The notes beneath the pieces were generated by a model, which did no database searches, was not told where the DNA came from, and saw only the letters and a list, made by a program, of their open reading frames with translations. Made by a program: the position numbers and the translations under genes. DNA of 64,000 bases from an uncultured Caulobacterales bacterium (GTDB lineage Bacteria; Pseudomonadota; Alphaproteobacteria; Caulobacterales; Parvularculaceae), in NCBI GenBank assembly GCA_964507915.1, contig CAZDRH010000009.1, positions 64,011-128,010 on the forward strand. Reading direction: 5' to 3'. Shown piece after piece: positions 1 through 9,003 of this stretch (positions within the stretch are counted from its first letter, which is position 1; every line of letters starts with the position of its first letter).

Positions 1-2
1 GC

Positions 3-524
3 GCCCTCAATCTCGACGCTTGCTATGTCTATGGCGAAGCGGGCGGCGCCGGCGAAGCCGTGGTCGGCATGCTTTCGGGCAGCCGTCTCGTCATGGGCGA
101 CGTCGGGTCGGGCCTTGAGGTCGATCTTTCCGGCGACGCCGATTTCAAAGCGGGACGCGCTGCGACGGTCGACGTCGATATCGCGGGCCCTGGCGACGTC
201 ATCGTCGGCGACATTGACGGCATGCTCGACGTGTCGATCGCGGGCTCAGGCACGGTGCGCAATACGCGCCTCGAAGGGCCTCTGACGGCGCGCATCGCAG
301 GCTCGGGCGCCGTTCTCGTCGGCGCCGGCCGCGCCGACAAGCTCCGCGCGACGATCGACGGCTCAGGGACTGTGCTCGTCAGCGGCGTCGCCGTCGATCC
401 GGACCTGCGCCTTTACGGCTCGGCCGAAGTGCGCCTCGGCGCTGTCCGTGGACGGATCAATCATCAGGGCTCCGGCGAAGTCTATGTCGCCGACAAGCTC
501 GTGCCGAAGGACGCGGCGCGTTAA
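3..524 (+). CDS. DUF2807/GIN-domain-like beta-solenoid protein (putative adhesin-head-like), 5' end cut by window edge
   Basis: Frame is open from base 3; the track ORF 60..524 starts at an internal GTG. Repeated short strand motifs (IAGSGTV, IDGSGTV, HQGSGEV, DVDIAGPGDV). Stop TAA at 522-524. Confidence 0.55.
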   Translation, partial: ALNLDACYVYGEAGGAGEAVVGMLSGSRLVMGDVGSGLEVDLSGDADFKAGRAATVDVDIAGPGDVIVGDIDGMLDVSIAGSGTVRNTRLEGPLTARIAGSGAVLVGAGRADKLRATIDGSGTVLVSGVAVDPDLRLYGSAEVRLGAVRGRINHQGSGEVYVADKLVPKDAAR

Positions 525-1447
525 ATTCTGAACTGTTTCAACGCCGCTTCTGCAATCGGGCCGCCCCACTCTTGGACGAAATGGCCGGCGTCAGCGACCT
601 CCATCGGCGGCGGGCAGCCGCGGATCATCGACCGCAGAAACTGCATCGCCGGTGGGCCGAGCACAGGGTCTTTCATGCCGATCGCCATGAAGCTCTCGCC
701 CGTCCACTCCGTCGACCAGAACTTCCGCGCCCGGAGCGAAGTTTCGACGCCTTCCTTTGAAAGCGGCGTCAAATCGGGGGCGCCCTTCTCCTTCAGCATG
801 ACGAGCTCTGGAAAGCGCCGTACGCCGCCCTTGTAGGATGCGTCGGGATAGGGCGCGGCGTAGGCTGCGGCTTCGGCCTCGGACAGAACCGGCGTTGCGC
901 GTTTCATCAGCGCGGCGACGTCGAGATCAGGCTGGGAGCGGTTAAAGGCGCGCCACATTGCAAACCCGTCCGGCGCTTCTTCGCCGCCCGGCAGACCCGT
1001 GTTCATGACGATGAGGCGCGTGTAGCGATGCGGCGCGGCCATGGGCAGCGTGAGGCCGAGCAGCCCGCCCCAATCCTGCGCGACGAGACAGACATTCTTC
1101 AGATCCATCGCCTCCACGAAGGCGAGCAGGGCATTCCGGTGGAAATGATAAGTATACGTCTCATCATCGACCGGCTTGTCGGAGCGGCCGAAGCCGAACA
1201 TGTCGACGGCGATCGCGCGATGGCCCGCCTTCGTGAACACCGGGATCATCTTCCGGAAAAGATAGGCCCAGGAGGGCTCGCCATGGATGCACAGGAAAGT
1301 CACGGCGGCGTCGCGCGGGCCCTCATCGACATAATGCATGCGAAGGCCCTCATAACCTTTGAGGCCTTCGATATAGCGCGGCGCAAAAGTCCAGCCGGGC
1401 AGGGCGGCGAAGCGGTCGTCAGGTGTGCGGAGGGCTTTGACTTTCAT
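521..1447 (-). CDS. dhlA: haloalkane dehalogenase, HLD-I / DhlA-like alpha/beta hydrolase (308 aa)
   Basis: Track ORF 521..1627 trimmed to ATG 1447, which is preceded by GGAG. Motifs: MKVKALRTPDDRF, HGEPSWAYLFRKMIPVF, nucleophile elbow VAQDWGG, cap Trp in GFAMWRAF, MKDPVLG, C-terminal ADAGHFVQEWG. Colinear with Xanthobacter DhlA as I recall that sequence. Confidence 0.75.
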   Translation of the reverse strand: MKVKALRTPDDRFAALPGWTFAPRYIEGLKGYEGLRMHYVDEGPRDAAVTFLCIHGEPSWAYLFRKMIPVFTKAGHRAIAVDMFGFGRSDKPVDDETYTYHFHRNALLAFVEAMDLKNVCLVAQDWGGLLGLTLPMAAPHRYTRLIVMNTGLPGGEEAPDGFAMWRAFNRSQPDLDVAALMKRATPVLSEAEAAAYAAPYPDASYKGGVRRFPELVMLKEKGAPDLTPLSKEGVETSLRARKFWSTEWTGESFMAIGMKDPVLGPPAMQFLRSMIRGCPPPMEVADAGHFVQEWGGPIAEAALKQFRI

Positions 1448-1695
1448 GGGAGGCTCCTTGCTCGCAAAGAAGGTGAGACGAAGCGCCGGCGCCGCGCAAG
1501 CGCGCAGAGCAGCGTCAACGGCGCAATACACTGAGGCAGGCGGCCGCAAAGTCGGCGCCCGCAACCGCACACCCTTCCGCCGCGCGGCCGATCCGCCGCG
1601 GGCAGGACCGCTGATCACCGCACTCAATCAGCCAGTATGTGAATGCGCTTCCGGCGCTCGCGTCACTCGAAGCGCCCGGCGGCAGCGCAGCCTGT

Positions 1696-2220
1696 TCAGC
1701 GCGTGAAGGAAATGAAGGTCGGCGTGATTGAGGCGGATTGCGGATGCTTCAGCGCGTCTTTGACGCCTTCGAGGAAATCCTGCTCCGCCCACCGAGCATG
1801 CGCCTGGAGGCGGCTGCGCGCCGCGCGCGCAATGGCCGTTTCATTGTCGAAGCCTTGCTGGAGGAAGACGCCTGTAACGTCGTTCTTCTCGCGCGCATGC
1901 AGCGGCGCCTTGGCGGCGGGCCCCCAGGCGAAGCCGCGCATAGCGGCAGTCTTGACGCCCGCCTTGGAGACCATAACGACGGTCTGGAATGCGTAGGCGG
2001 CAAAGCCGGGATAGTCCCTGAGCCGAAGTTCAGGAAAATCATTACGATACTGCACGGTATAGGCAGTGCCGTCGTCGCCTGTCCATTTGACGATCCGGCC
2101 GATCGCGTCATGCTCCACCTTGGTCGCTTTCGGCGTCGCCTTTGCGCCCGCGCTGCCCGCCGAGGCGAGAGCGGCGGCGAGCCCGGCGAGGACGGTCTTG
2201 CGCGACAGATGCGTGCTCAT
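1696..2220 (-). CDS. hypothetical secreted protein (174 aa)
   Basis: N-terminal signal-like segment RKTVLAGLAAALASAGSAGA. No family recognised. It is the only ORF in this gap that does not overlap lpdA. Confidence 0.45.
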   Translation of the reverse strand: MSTHLSRKTVLAGLAAALASAGSAGAKATPKATKVEHDAIGRIVKWTGDDGTAYTVQYRNDFPELRLRDYPGFAAYAFQTVVMVSKAGVKTAAMRGFAWGPAAKAPLHAREKNDVTGVFLQQGFDNETAIARAARSRLQAHARWAEQDFLEGVKDALKHPQSASITPTFISFTR

Positions 2221-2315
2221 GATAAGTCTCCCGCGACGCCCCCAAGGCGCGCTCCGACATTAGCCGATCCCGGCGGGGGGCGAAAGCGCAACAATCGGTA
2301 AGGAAAGGCCCGGGC

Positions 2316-3740
2316 ATGACGGAAAAGTCCTGCGATCTTGCGGTCATCGGGGCTGGTCCCGGCGGCTATGTCGCCGCGATTCGGGCAAGCCAGCTCGGCC
2401 TTAAGACCGTGATCATCGAGCGCGAGCATCTCGGCGGGGTCTGCCTCAACTGGGGTTGCATCCCGACCAAGGCGCTGCTGCGTACCGCCGAAGTCTACAC
2501 CAATATGAAGCATGCGGCCGATTTTGGCCTCAAAGCCGAGAACATCGGCTTCGATCTCGACGCGGTCGTCAAGCGGTCGCGCCAGGTCGCCGGCAAGCTC
2601 TCGGGCGGCGTCGGCTTCCTGATGAAGAAAAACAAGATCGACGTCGTAATGGGCGCGGCGCGGATCGAGAAAGCCGTCAACGGATCGGACGCGCCACTCG
2701 TCCGCGTGAAGACGAAAGACGGCGAAGACGTGATCAAGGCCCGCCATGTCATCCTTGCGACCGGCGCGCGCGCGCGGACGGTCCCGGCCGCGGGCCTTGC
2801 CCCGGACGGGAAATTCATCTGGACGGCGAAAGAGGCGATGGTGCCGGACGTATTTCCGAAGCGTCTGCTCGTCATCGGCTCGGGCGCCATCGGCATCGAG
2901 TTTGCGAGCTTCTTCGGCGCGCTCGGCAGCAAGGTCACGGTGGTCGAGATGGTCGACCGCATCCTGCCCGCCGAAGACGCCGAGATTTCCGCCTTCGCCG
3001 AAAAGCAGTTCAAGAAGCAAGGCATGACGATCCTCACCGGCGCCGCGGTTGAGAAACTCGAAAAAGGCAAGGACAGCGTCAAGGCGACCGTGAAGCTCAA
3101 GGACGGCAAGACCGAAACCGTCGAAGCGGACCGCGTCGTGCTCGCCATCGGGATTACGGGGAATACGGAGGATCTTGGCCTCGAAGCGCTCGGCGTCAAG
3201 GTCGAAAAGGGCCATGTCGTGGTCAATGAGTGGCTTGAGACGGGGGTCAAGGGTCTTTACGCGATCGGCGACCTCGTGGGGCCGCCCTGGCTCGCGCACA
3301 AGGCCTCGCACGAGGGCGTCATCTGCGTCGAGAAGATCGCCGGGCTCAATCATGTCCATCCGCTCGACGTGACGAAGATTCCGGGCTGCACCTATTCAAG
3401 CCCGCAGATCGCCTCCGTCGGCCTTACCGAAGCGCGCGCCAAGGAGAAGGGCTACAAGGTCAAGGTCGGCCGTTTCCCCTTCATGGGCAACGGCAAGGCG
3501 ATCGCGCTCGGCGAGCCGGAGGGGCTCGTGAAGACGGTGTTTGACGAAAAGACCGGCGAGCTTCTCGGCGCGCATATGATCGGCGCTGAAGTGACGGAAC
3601 TCATCCAGGGCTACGGCCTTGCCCGAACCATGGAAGCCACGGAAGAAGACCTCTTCCACACGGTCTTCCCGCACCCGACGCTGTCGGAGATGATGCACGA
3701 GGCCGCACTCGATGCGTATGGTCGCGTGGTGCATGTTTGA
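2316..3740 (+). CDS. lpdA: dihydrolipoyl dehydrogenase (E3 component)
   Basis: FAD-binding GAGPGGY, redox-active disulfide GGVCLNWGCIPTK, 474 aa, C-terminal HPTLSE interface motif. Confidence 0.92.
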   Translation: MTEKSCDLAVIGAGPGGYVAAIRASQLGLKTVIIEREHLGGVCLNWGCIPTKALLRTAEVYTNMKHAADFGLKAENIGFDLDAVVKRSRQVAGKLSGGVGFLMKKNKIDVVMGAARIEKAVNGSDAPLVRVKTKDGEDVIKARHVILATGARARTVPAAGLAPDGKFIWTAKEAMVPDVFPKRLLVIGSGAIGIEFASFFGALGSKVTVVEMVDRILPAEDAEISAFAEKQFKKQGMTILTGAAVEKLEKGKDSVKATVKLKDGKTETVEADRVVLAIGITGNTEDLGLEALGVKVEKGHVVVNEWLETGVKGLYAIGDLVGPPWLAHKASHEGVICVEKIAGLNHVHPLDVTKIPGCTYSSPQIASVGLTEARAKEKGYKVKVGRFPFMGNGKAIALGEPEGLVKTVFDEKTGELLGAHMIGAEVTELIQGYGLARTMEATEEDLFHTVFPHPTLSEMMHEAALDAYGRVVHV

Positions 3741-3747
3741 GGGGCGG

Positions 3748-3773
3748 GTAGGGCGCGGTATACCCCGCCCTAC
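3748..3773. terminator. hairpin between convergent lpdA and SMP-30 genes (possible bidirectional terminator)
   Basis: GTAGGGCG (3748-3755), 10-nt loop, CGCCCTAC (3766-3773). No clear U-run, and it overlaps the stop of the minus-strand gene. Confidence 0.25.
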
Positions 3774-4678
3774 GGTCCAACCGCATTCAACTTCAAACCC
3801 GGCCGCGGCCAGCGGAGTTTAGCGAGCGTGCCGGTCCCGGACAGTGTCACATAGGCGTCGCGCCTATCCGCGCCGCCGAAGCAGAGATTGGTGACGAAAA
3901 GGTCGGGCAGGGCGGTATGCTCCGTGCCCGAACCGTCGGCGAGGAATCGCGTGATCCCGCCGTTCAGCAGTGTCGCGACGCAGATCGAGCCGTCAGCCTC
4001 TACCGCGAGGGAATCGAGGAGCTGCATGCCCGGAAGGTTGGCGACAACCCGCCCCGGGATCGGAAAGGCGGACGGCGCAATCCGCCCCGGCGCTTCGAGA
4101 TCGAAGGCCCAAAGGCGCGACGTGAATGTCTCCGCGACATAAACCGTCTTGCCGTCCGGCGAGAGGCCGACGCCGTTCGGCGCCTGCATTGGAAAGACCG
4201 CCTCGGCAATCTCGCGCGCGCCGGGGGCGACGTAATAGAGCCCGCCATGGTCGCGGACTTCGTCATAATCTTTGCCGTGGTCCGTGAACCAGAACCCGCC
4301 CGCAGCGTCGAAAACGAGATCATTCGGCCCTTTAAGCCGCTTCTTGCCGACATGCGTGAACAGCGTTTCGACCTCGCGCGTCGCAAGATCGACGCGCTGG
4401 ATCGAGCCGCCCCTGTAGTCACTGGCGGCGTGGCCGGAAATTGTCTGCCCCATGATCGTCCGCCATTCGAAGCCGCCATTGTTGCAGACATAGATTCTGC
4501 CGTCGGGCCCGAGCGCCGCGCCATTGGGGCCGCCCGGAAGCTCGACAATCGTCTCGCGCCGCCCGCCGGGCAGGATACGCGTCAGCGTCTGGCGCTTGAT
4601 CTCGACAAGGATGACCGTCCCGTCCGGCAGGATGACCGGCCCCTCAGGGAATTCGAGGCCCTCAGCAAGAATTTCCAT
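3770..4678 (-). CDS. SMP-30/gluconolactonase/LRE family protein
   Basis: MEILAEGLEFPEGPV start, repeated beta-propeller blades (PNGAALGPDGRIYV, PNDLVFDAAGGFWFTD, PNGVGLSPDGKTVYV), 302 aa. Confidence 0.85.
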   Translation of the reverse strand: MEILAEGLEFPEGPVILPDGTVILVEIKRQTLTRILPGGRRETIVELPGGPNGAALGPDGRIYVCNNGGFEWRTIMGQTISGHAASDYRGGSIQRVDLATREVETLFTHVGKKRLKGPNDLVFDAAGGFWFTDHGKDYDEVRDHGGLYYVAPGAREIAEAVFPMQAPNGVGLSPDGKTVYVAETFTSRLWAFDLEAPGRIAPSAFPIPGRVVANLPGMQLLDSLAVEADGSICVATLLNGGITRFLADGSGTEHTALPDLFVTNLCFGGADRRDAYVTLSGTGTLAKLRWPRPGLKLNAVGP

Positions 4679-4795
4679 GGAATTTCCTTCGCTTCTTGAT
4701 CATTCTTGGGGCGCCGCCTGGCGGGCGCTCCCAGCCGTCTCGCCAAACCGGCCGAACCGCTCCATCGTGGGCGGAACCATCAGAAGGAGGCTCTC

Positions 4796-5356
4796 ATGGG
4801 GCTGCTCGTCTTTCTCGGCATTATCGTCCTTGTCGTCCTGTTCGTCATCGGGATTTACAATCGCATTGTCGGCCTCAATCAGCGAGGGGACCAAGCCTTC
4901 GCCGATGTTGACGTGCAGCTGAAACAACGCCACGACCTCATCCCGAATCTCGTCGAGACCGTGAAGGGCTACGCCGCTCACGAAAAGACGACGCTTGACG
5001 CGGTCATCACGGCGCGGAACGCGGCGGCGAGCGCGCATGGTCCGGCCGCGCAAGCGCAGGCGGAAGGCGCCCTTGGCGCCGCGCTCGGCAAACTCTTCGC
5101 TTTAGCGGAGGCCTATCCCGACCTCAAAGCCAACACGAACTTTCTGGAGCTGCAGCGCGAGCTTTCCGACGTCGAGAACAAGATCTCGGCCGCGCGCCGC
5201 TTCTTCAACAACTCGATCCAGGAATACAACACGGCGATCCAGCAGATCCCCGGCAATTTCGTCGCGCCGCTCGGCAAGTTTGTGAAGCGCGACTTCTTCG
5301 AACTGCCGCAAGACAGCCGGGCTGCGGTCGAAGCCGCGCCGAATGTGAAGTTCTAG
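4796..5356 (+). CDS. lemA: LemA family protein
   Basis: Trimmed to ATG 4796, which follows GAAGGAGG. N-terminal TM helix, then IYNRIVGLNQRGDQAFADVDVQLKQRHDLIPNLV and ARRFFNNSIQEYN, which are typical of LemA. Confidence 0.85.
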   Translation: MGLLVFLGIIVLVVLFVIGIYNRIVGLNQRGDQAFADVDVQLKQRHDLIPNLVETVKGYAAHEKTTLDAVITARNAAASAHGPAAQAQAEGALGAALGKLFALAEAYPDLKANTNFLELQRELSDVENKISAARRFFNNSIQEYNTAIQQIPGNFVAPLGKFVKRDFFELPQDSRAAVEAAPNVKF

Positions 5357-5389
5357 GGCCGGGCTTTCAGCACGAAGGCGGCTATTGCG

Positions 5390-6355
5390 ATGGGCGCCTA
5401 CGGCCTTCAGACCCACATCTGGAACAACAATTTAAAGTCCGTCGCGCTGCTGGCGGGCTTCCCGCTGCTGCTCGTTTTGTTGACCTACGGACTATGCCTC
5501 CTCTGGGTCGGCGTCAGTTACGACATCGTCTCGGTCGGGCAGGGGATGGGCCTTGCGTGGGGCCAACTCGCCCGCGCCTGGCCCTTCGCTGTCGGCGCGG
5601 CGCTTGTCTGGTTCGCGATCGCCTGGATGTTCCACCAGGCGATGATCGACGCCTCGACCGGCGCGCGCGGCCTTGAGCGCCGTGACGCGCCGGAACTCTA
5701 CAATCTCCTCGAAAACCTCTGTATCGCGCGCGGCATGGCGGTTCCAAAGCTTAACGTTATCGACACGCCGGCGATGAACGCCTTTGCGAGCGGCCTCACC
5801 GAAAAAGGCGCAACCGTGACGGTCACGCGTGGCCTCGTCGAAAACCTCAACAAGCGCGAGGTTGAAGCCGTGCTGGCTCACGAGCTGACGCATATCCGCA
5901 ACCGCGATGTGCGGCTGCTCGTCATCGCCGTGATCTTCGTGGGGATTTTCTCCTTCATCGGAGAACTCGTCTATCGCGGCTTCTTCCGCTCAGGCGTGCG
6001 CATCGGCGGCCATTCCAATTCAAGGAACGGCGACAGCCGCGGCGGGGGGATCCTCATCCTCATTGCGCTCGCTTTCATCGCCGCCGCCTATGTTCTGGCG
6101 ATCGTCGTGCGCTTCGCCTTGTCGCAGAAGCGGGAGTTCCTGGCTGACGCCGGCTCGGCCGAACTCACCAAGGACCCCGACGCGATGATTGCCGCGCTCA
6201 AGAAGATTTCCGGCCGCAGCGAAGTCGATGCGCCGAACGACGTGCAGCAGATGATGCTCGACAGCGACGCGAAATTCGCCGGCGTCTTTGCAACGCACCC
6301 GTCAATCGAGAAACGTATCGCGGCGCTGAAGACCTATGCCGGCGGCGCAGCGTAA
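5390..6355 (+). CDS. M48 family zinc metallopeptidase (HtpX-like), membrane-bound
   Basis: HELTHIRNRD (HExxH), downstream EFLADAGSAELT, several TM helices. Sits immediately downstream of lemA. Confidence 0.85.
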   Translation: MGAYGLQTHIWNNNLKSVALLAGFPLLLVLLTYGLCLLWVGVSYDIVSVGQGMGLAWGQLARAWPFAVGAALVWFAIAWMFHQAMIDASTGARGLERRDAPELYNLLENLCIARGMAVPKLNVIDTPAMNAFASGLTEKGATVTVTRGLVENLNKREVEAVLAHELTHIRNRDVRLLVIAVIFVGIFSFIGELVYRGFFRSGVRIGGHSNSRNGDSRGGGILILIALAFIAAAYVLAIVVRFALSQKREFLADAGSAELTKDPDAMIAALKKISGRSEVDAPNDVQQMMLDSDAKFAGVFATHPSIEKRIAALKTYAGGAA

Positions 6356-6367
6356 ACAGACGTTGCT

Positions 6368-6976
6368 CTAAGCCATCTCGTCCGGCGACTTGATGATCTT
6401 GCCGACAAGGCCATAGGCTTTGGCTTCATCCGCCTGCATCCAGTAGTCGCGGTCAGTATCGTCAACCACCTTGTCGAGCGGCTGGCCGGTTGCGTCGGCG
6501 AAAATCTTGTTGAGCCGCGCGCGCATTTTCAGAATCTCGCGCGCCTGGATCTCGACATCGGACGCTGCGCCGCCGACGCCGCCGCGCGGCTCGTGGAGGA
6601 GGAAGCGCGTGTTCTGCGTGCAATAGCGATCCTCGCGCGCCGCCGCGGCGAAGATCAGCGCGCCGGCGCTCGCGACCCATCCCATGCCGAGCACGCGCAC
6701 GCGCGGCTTCACGAATTTGATCATGTCATGGATCATATCGCCGCTTTCGACATGGCCGCCGGGCGATGAGATGATCAGCGTGATCGGAGCATCCGATGTC
6801 GCCGCCATGGCGAGCAGGCGCTCCGAAACGCCTTTGGCGACCTTGTCGTTGATATCGCCCGTCAGCACGATCTGGCGCGCTTCGAACAGCGCTTTCTCGA
6901 TCGCCGCCGGGGCGCCCGCGCCGTCTTTCGGCTTTTCGTCTTTTTCATCGAGGCGGACGATGCTTCCCGTGGTCAT
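6368..6976 (-). CDS. ClpP-family serine protease paralogue (202 aa)
   Basis: ISSPGGHV, WVASAGALI (Ser), FLLHEP (His), DTDRDYWM (Asp) fit a Clp/crotonase-fold triad. The N-terminus is not the canonical ClpP axial-loop sequence. Confidence 0.75.
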   Translation of the reverse strand: MTTGSIVRLDEKDEKPKDGAGAPAAIEKALFEARQIVLTGDINDKVAKGVSERLLAMAATSDAPITLIISSPGGHVESGDMIHDMIKFVKPRVRVLGMGWVASAGALIFAAAAREDRYCTQNTRFLLHEPRGGVGGAASDVEIQAREILKMRARLNKIFADATGQPLDKVVDDTDRDYWMQADEAKAYGLVGKIIKSPDEMA

Positions 6977-7046
6977 AGGCGGCTCCTCACACTGCAGATC
7001 GCCCGACTAGGTGGGCGGCTTTGGACGGAGGGTCAACCGGCAGGCG

Positions 7047-7391
7047 CTATTTCGAGTCGTCAGCAGGCGACCGGCTTTCGCGAGCGCGTTTGCGGAGCCA
7101 TTCCTGATAGCCTGCCTCCTTTTGGGATTGCGTCTGCGCGGCGCCAATCGACCGGCTTTCGGAGAGAGATTCTGCGTCCGCGCCCGTATCACCGCACTGG
7201 GATTCCTGCGACAGGCAACGATCAAAGCACGCTGAAGCGGCTGGCGCGTCCTTGATCGATTCGCACGCGTTTGAGCATCGATTGTAGCCGCCTGTGCAAC
7301 GGTTCTCGGCGTAGCTGAATGGCGGAGACACGCAGCTGGCGGCGGTCATGGCGAAGGCCGTCAACAAGGCGAACCGGTGGAACGCAGGCAT
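7047..7391 (-). CDS. small secreted Cys-rich protein (114 aa), hypothetical
   Basis: Trimmed to ATG 7391, preceded by AAGGAG. Signal peptide MPAFHRFALLTAFAMTAASC, then 7 further Cys in about 60 aa and a charged tail. Confidence 0.5.
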   Translation of the reverse strand: MPAFHRFALLTAFAMTAASCVSPPFSYAENRCTGGYNRCSNACESIKDAPAASACFDRCLSQESQCGDTGADAESLSESRSIGAAQTQSQKEAGYQEWLRKRARESRSPADDSK

Positions 7392-7473
7392 GGGGAACTC
7401 CTTTTGCGGAGCGGCGACTATGCCGGCCTCGGCGGCCCGCAACAAGGCCGGTTCACGGCAGAATGCCTTCGCC

Positions 7474-8229
7474 TCAGCGCCGCGCGCCCATCCGGACCCA
7501 GCCCTCGCGCGTCAGCATTTCGAGCGGCTGGTATTGCGCCTTATAGTCCATTTTCGGTGAGCCCGAGACCCAATAGCCGAGATAGACGTAAGGCAGGCCC
7601 CAGTCGCGCGCCATGGCGATGTGGTCGAGGATCATGAACTGGCCGAGGCTGCGCTTCGACTCTTCAGGCTCGAAAAATGAATAGACCATGGACAGGCCGT
7701 CGGTGAGGCGGTCTGTCAGCGCGCAGGATGCGAGGCGCTCGCCCTCATGGTCGTCCGGCAACGAATATTCCGTGACCATCGTATCGACGGCGGTCTCTTC
7801 GACCATCGCGGCGTAGTCGAGCACGGTCATGTCGGCCATGCCGCCGTCGTCGTGTCGCGCGTCGAGATAGCCGCGAAGGACCGAGAACTGCGCGGAGGTC
7901 GCGCGCGGCGCCCTCACGCGGCGCAGGATGTCGGCGTTCTGCATCAGCACGCGGCGGCGCGAGCGCGTGATCTTGAATTCGGAAACGACAATGCGCACAG
8001 GCACGCAAGCCTGACACGCCTCGCAAGCCGGCAAATAGATGATGTTTTGCGAACGCCGGAATCCGCGGCGCGTCAACACGCCGTTCGTCGCCGGCGCGCC
8101 CGGTCCTTCGAGATAGGAAAAGACCTTGCGTTCTTTCTGTCCCGGCAGATACGGGCAGGGGGCAGGCGCGGTGATATAGAAATCGCCGCTCTCGACTCCG
8201 AACCTGTTCCGCAGATCTTCGTTGCGCAT
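7474..8229 (-). CDS. bpt: arginyltransferase-family aspartate/glutamate leucyltransferase (N-end rule)
   Basis: CPYLPGQ, RRGFRRSQN, LPACEACQACVPVR, LGLPYVYLGYWV motifs of Ate1/Bpt; 251 aa. Confidence 0.85.
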   Translation of the reverse strand: MRNEDLRNRFGVESGDFYITAPAPCPYLPGQKERKVFSYLEGPGAPATNGVLTRRGFRRSQNIIYLPACEACQACVPVRIVVSEFKITRSRRRVLMQNADILRRVRAPRATSAQFSVLRGYLDARHDDGGMADMTVLDYAAMVEETAVDTMVTEYSLPDDHEGERLASCALTDRLTDGLSMVYSFFEPEESKRSLGQFMILDHIAMARDWGLPYVYLGYWVSGSPKMDYKAQYQPLEMLTREGWVRMGARR

Positions 8230-8514
8230 GGACCCGAACCTTAACGAGGGAATCTTAGCGGCGCCTTAGCGGAGCGACAAGCGCGCCCGTTACAGGCGGG
8301 TCTGATACTGATCTCGGGCACACGCGCTTGGGCTGACCCTCCCCGTGCGGACGGATCAGTCGCGTCGGCCCATCAGTTCCGAGGGCGCAACAAGCGCTTA
8401 CGGCGCCCAGCTGTTTCTCGGGCCTGAAATAGATGATAGGCCGGGACCGGCGTGATTGCGCCTGAAATATCGGGCGCGCGCAACATACGACTGGCGCGGT
8501 GCGAGGAGTACAAA

Positions 8515-9003
8515 GTGAGCGGCGACCCTTTTCGACCCTTGAAGACCGCTCTCGGCCGTTTTGCCACGGGCGTCGTCCTCGCCGGCTGCACACGGCCGGA
8601 CGGCGCGCCCGTCGTGATCACGGTTAACTCCTTTACCTCGGTTTCGCTGGACCCGCCCCTGGTGCTGTGGTGCGTCGAACGGCGCGCTTCGACCTTCGAC
8701 GCCTTCATGGCCGCCGAAGGCTATTCCATCAATGTCCTGAACGCCGGGCAGCAGGCCTTGTCGGAGCGGTTTTCGCGTCATGCGCCAGCGCCCCTCGCGG
8801 CGGATGAGATCGATCACTGGGTCACGGGCGCGCCGATCCTGAAGGAGGCGCTTGCCTCCTTTGACTGCAGGATTGTCGATCGCCACGGCGCCGGGGATCA
8901 CATCGTCTTGATCGCCGAAGTGCTGCGGTTCCGCTCGTCCTCGGGCAAGCCGCTTCTCTATTATGCGAGCCGCTATGCGACAGGTCCGGAGAGCAGCGCA
9001 TGA
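8515..9003 (+). CDS. flavin reductase family protein
   Basis: Flavin_Reduct-like FRPLKTALGRFATGVVLA and ITVNSFTSVSLDPPLVLW. Start placed at GTG 8515 after GAGGAG; the track start 8452 is the alternative. Stop overlaps the next gene (ATGA at 9000). Confidence 0.75.
   Translation: MSGDPFRPLKTALGRFATGVVLAGCTRPDGAPVVITVNSFTSVSLDPPLVLWCVERRASTFDAFMAAEGYSINVLNAGQQALSERFSRHAPAPLAADEIDHWVTGAPILKEALASFDCRIVDRHGAGDHIVLIAEVLRFRSSSGKPLLYYASRYATGPESSA

Noticed and set aside
2217-3359. Long antisense or out-of-frame ORFs. Examples: 2217..3359(-), 14795..16666(+), 20861..21880(-), 27829..28692(-), 34380..35486(+), 38800..40095(-), 46071..47177(-), 47402..48805(-), 59208..61226(-).
   Set aside because: Each lies opposite or out of frame to a gene with strong family motifs (lpdA, prfC, patatin, M20D, hpnN-like, astD, alpha/beta hydrolase, SDH protease, rpoD). 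Their translations are Arg/Ala/Pro/Gly-rich low-complexity strings typical of shadow ORFs in high-GC DNA.
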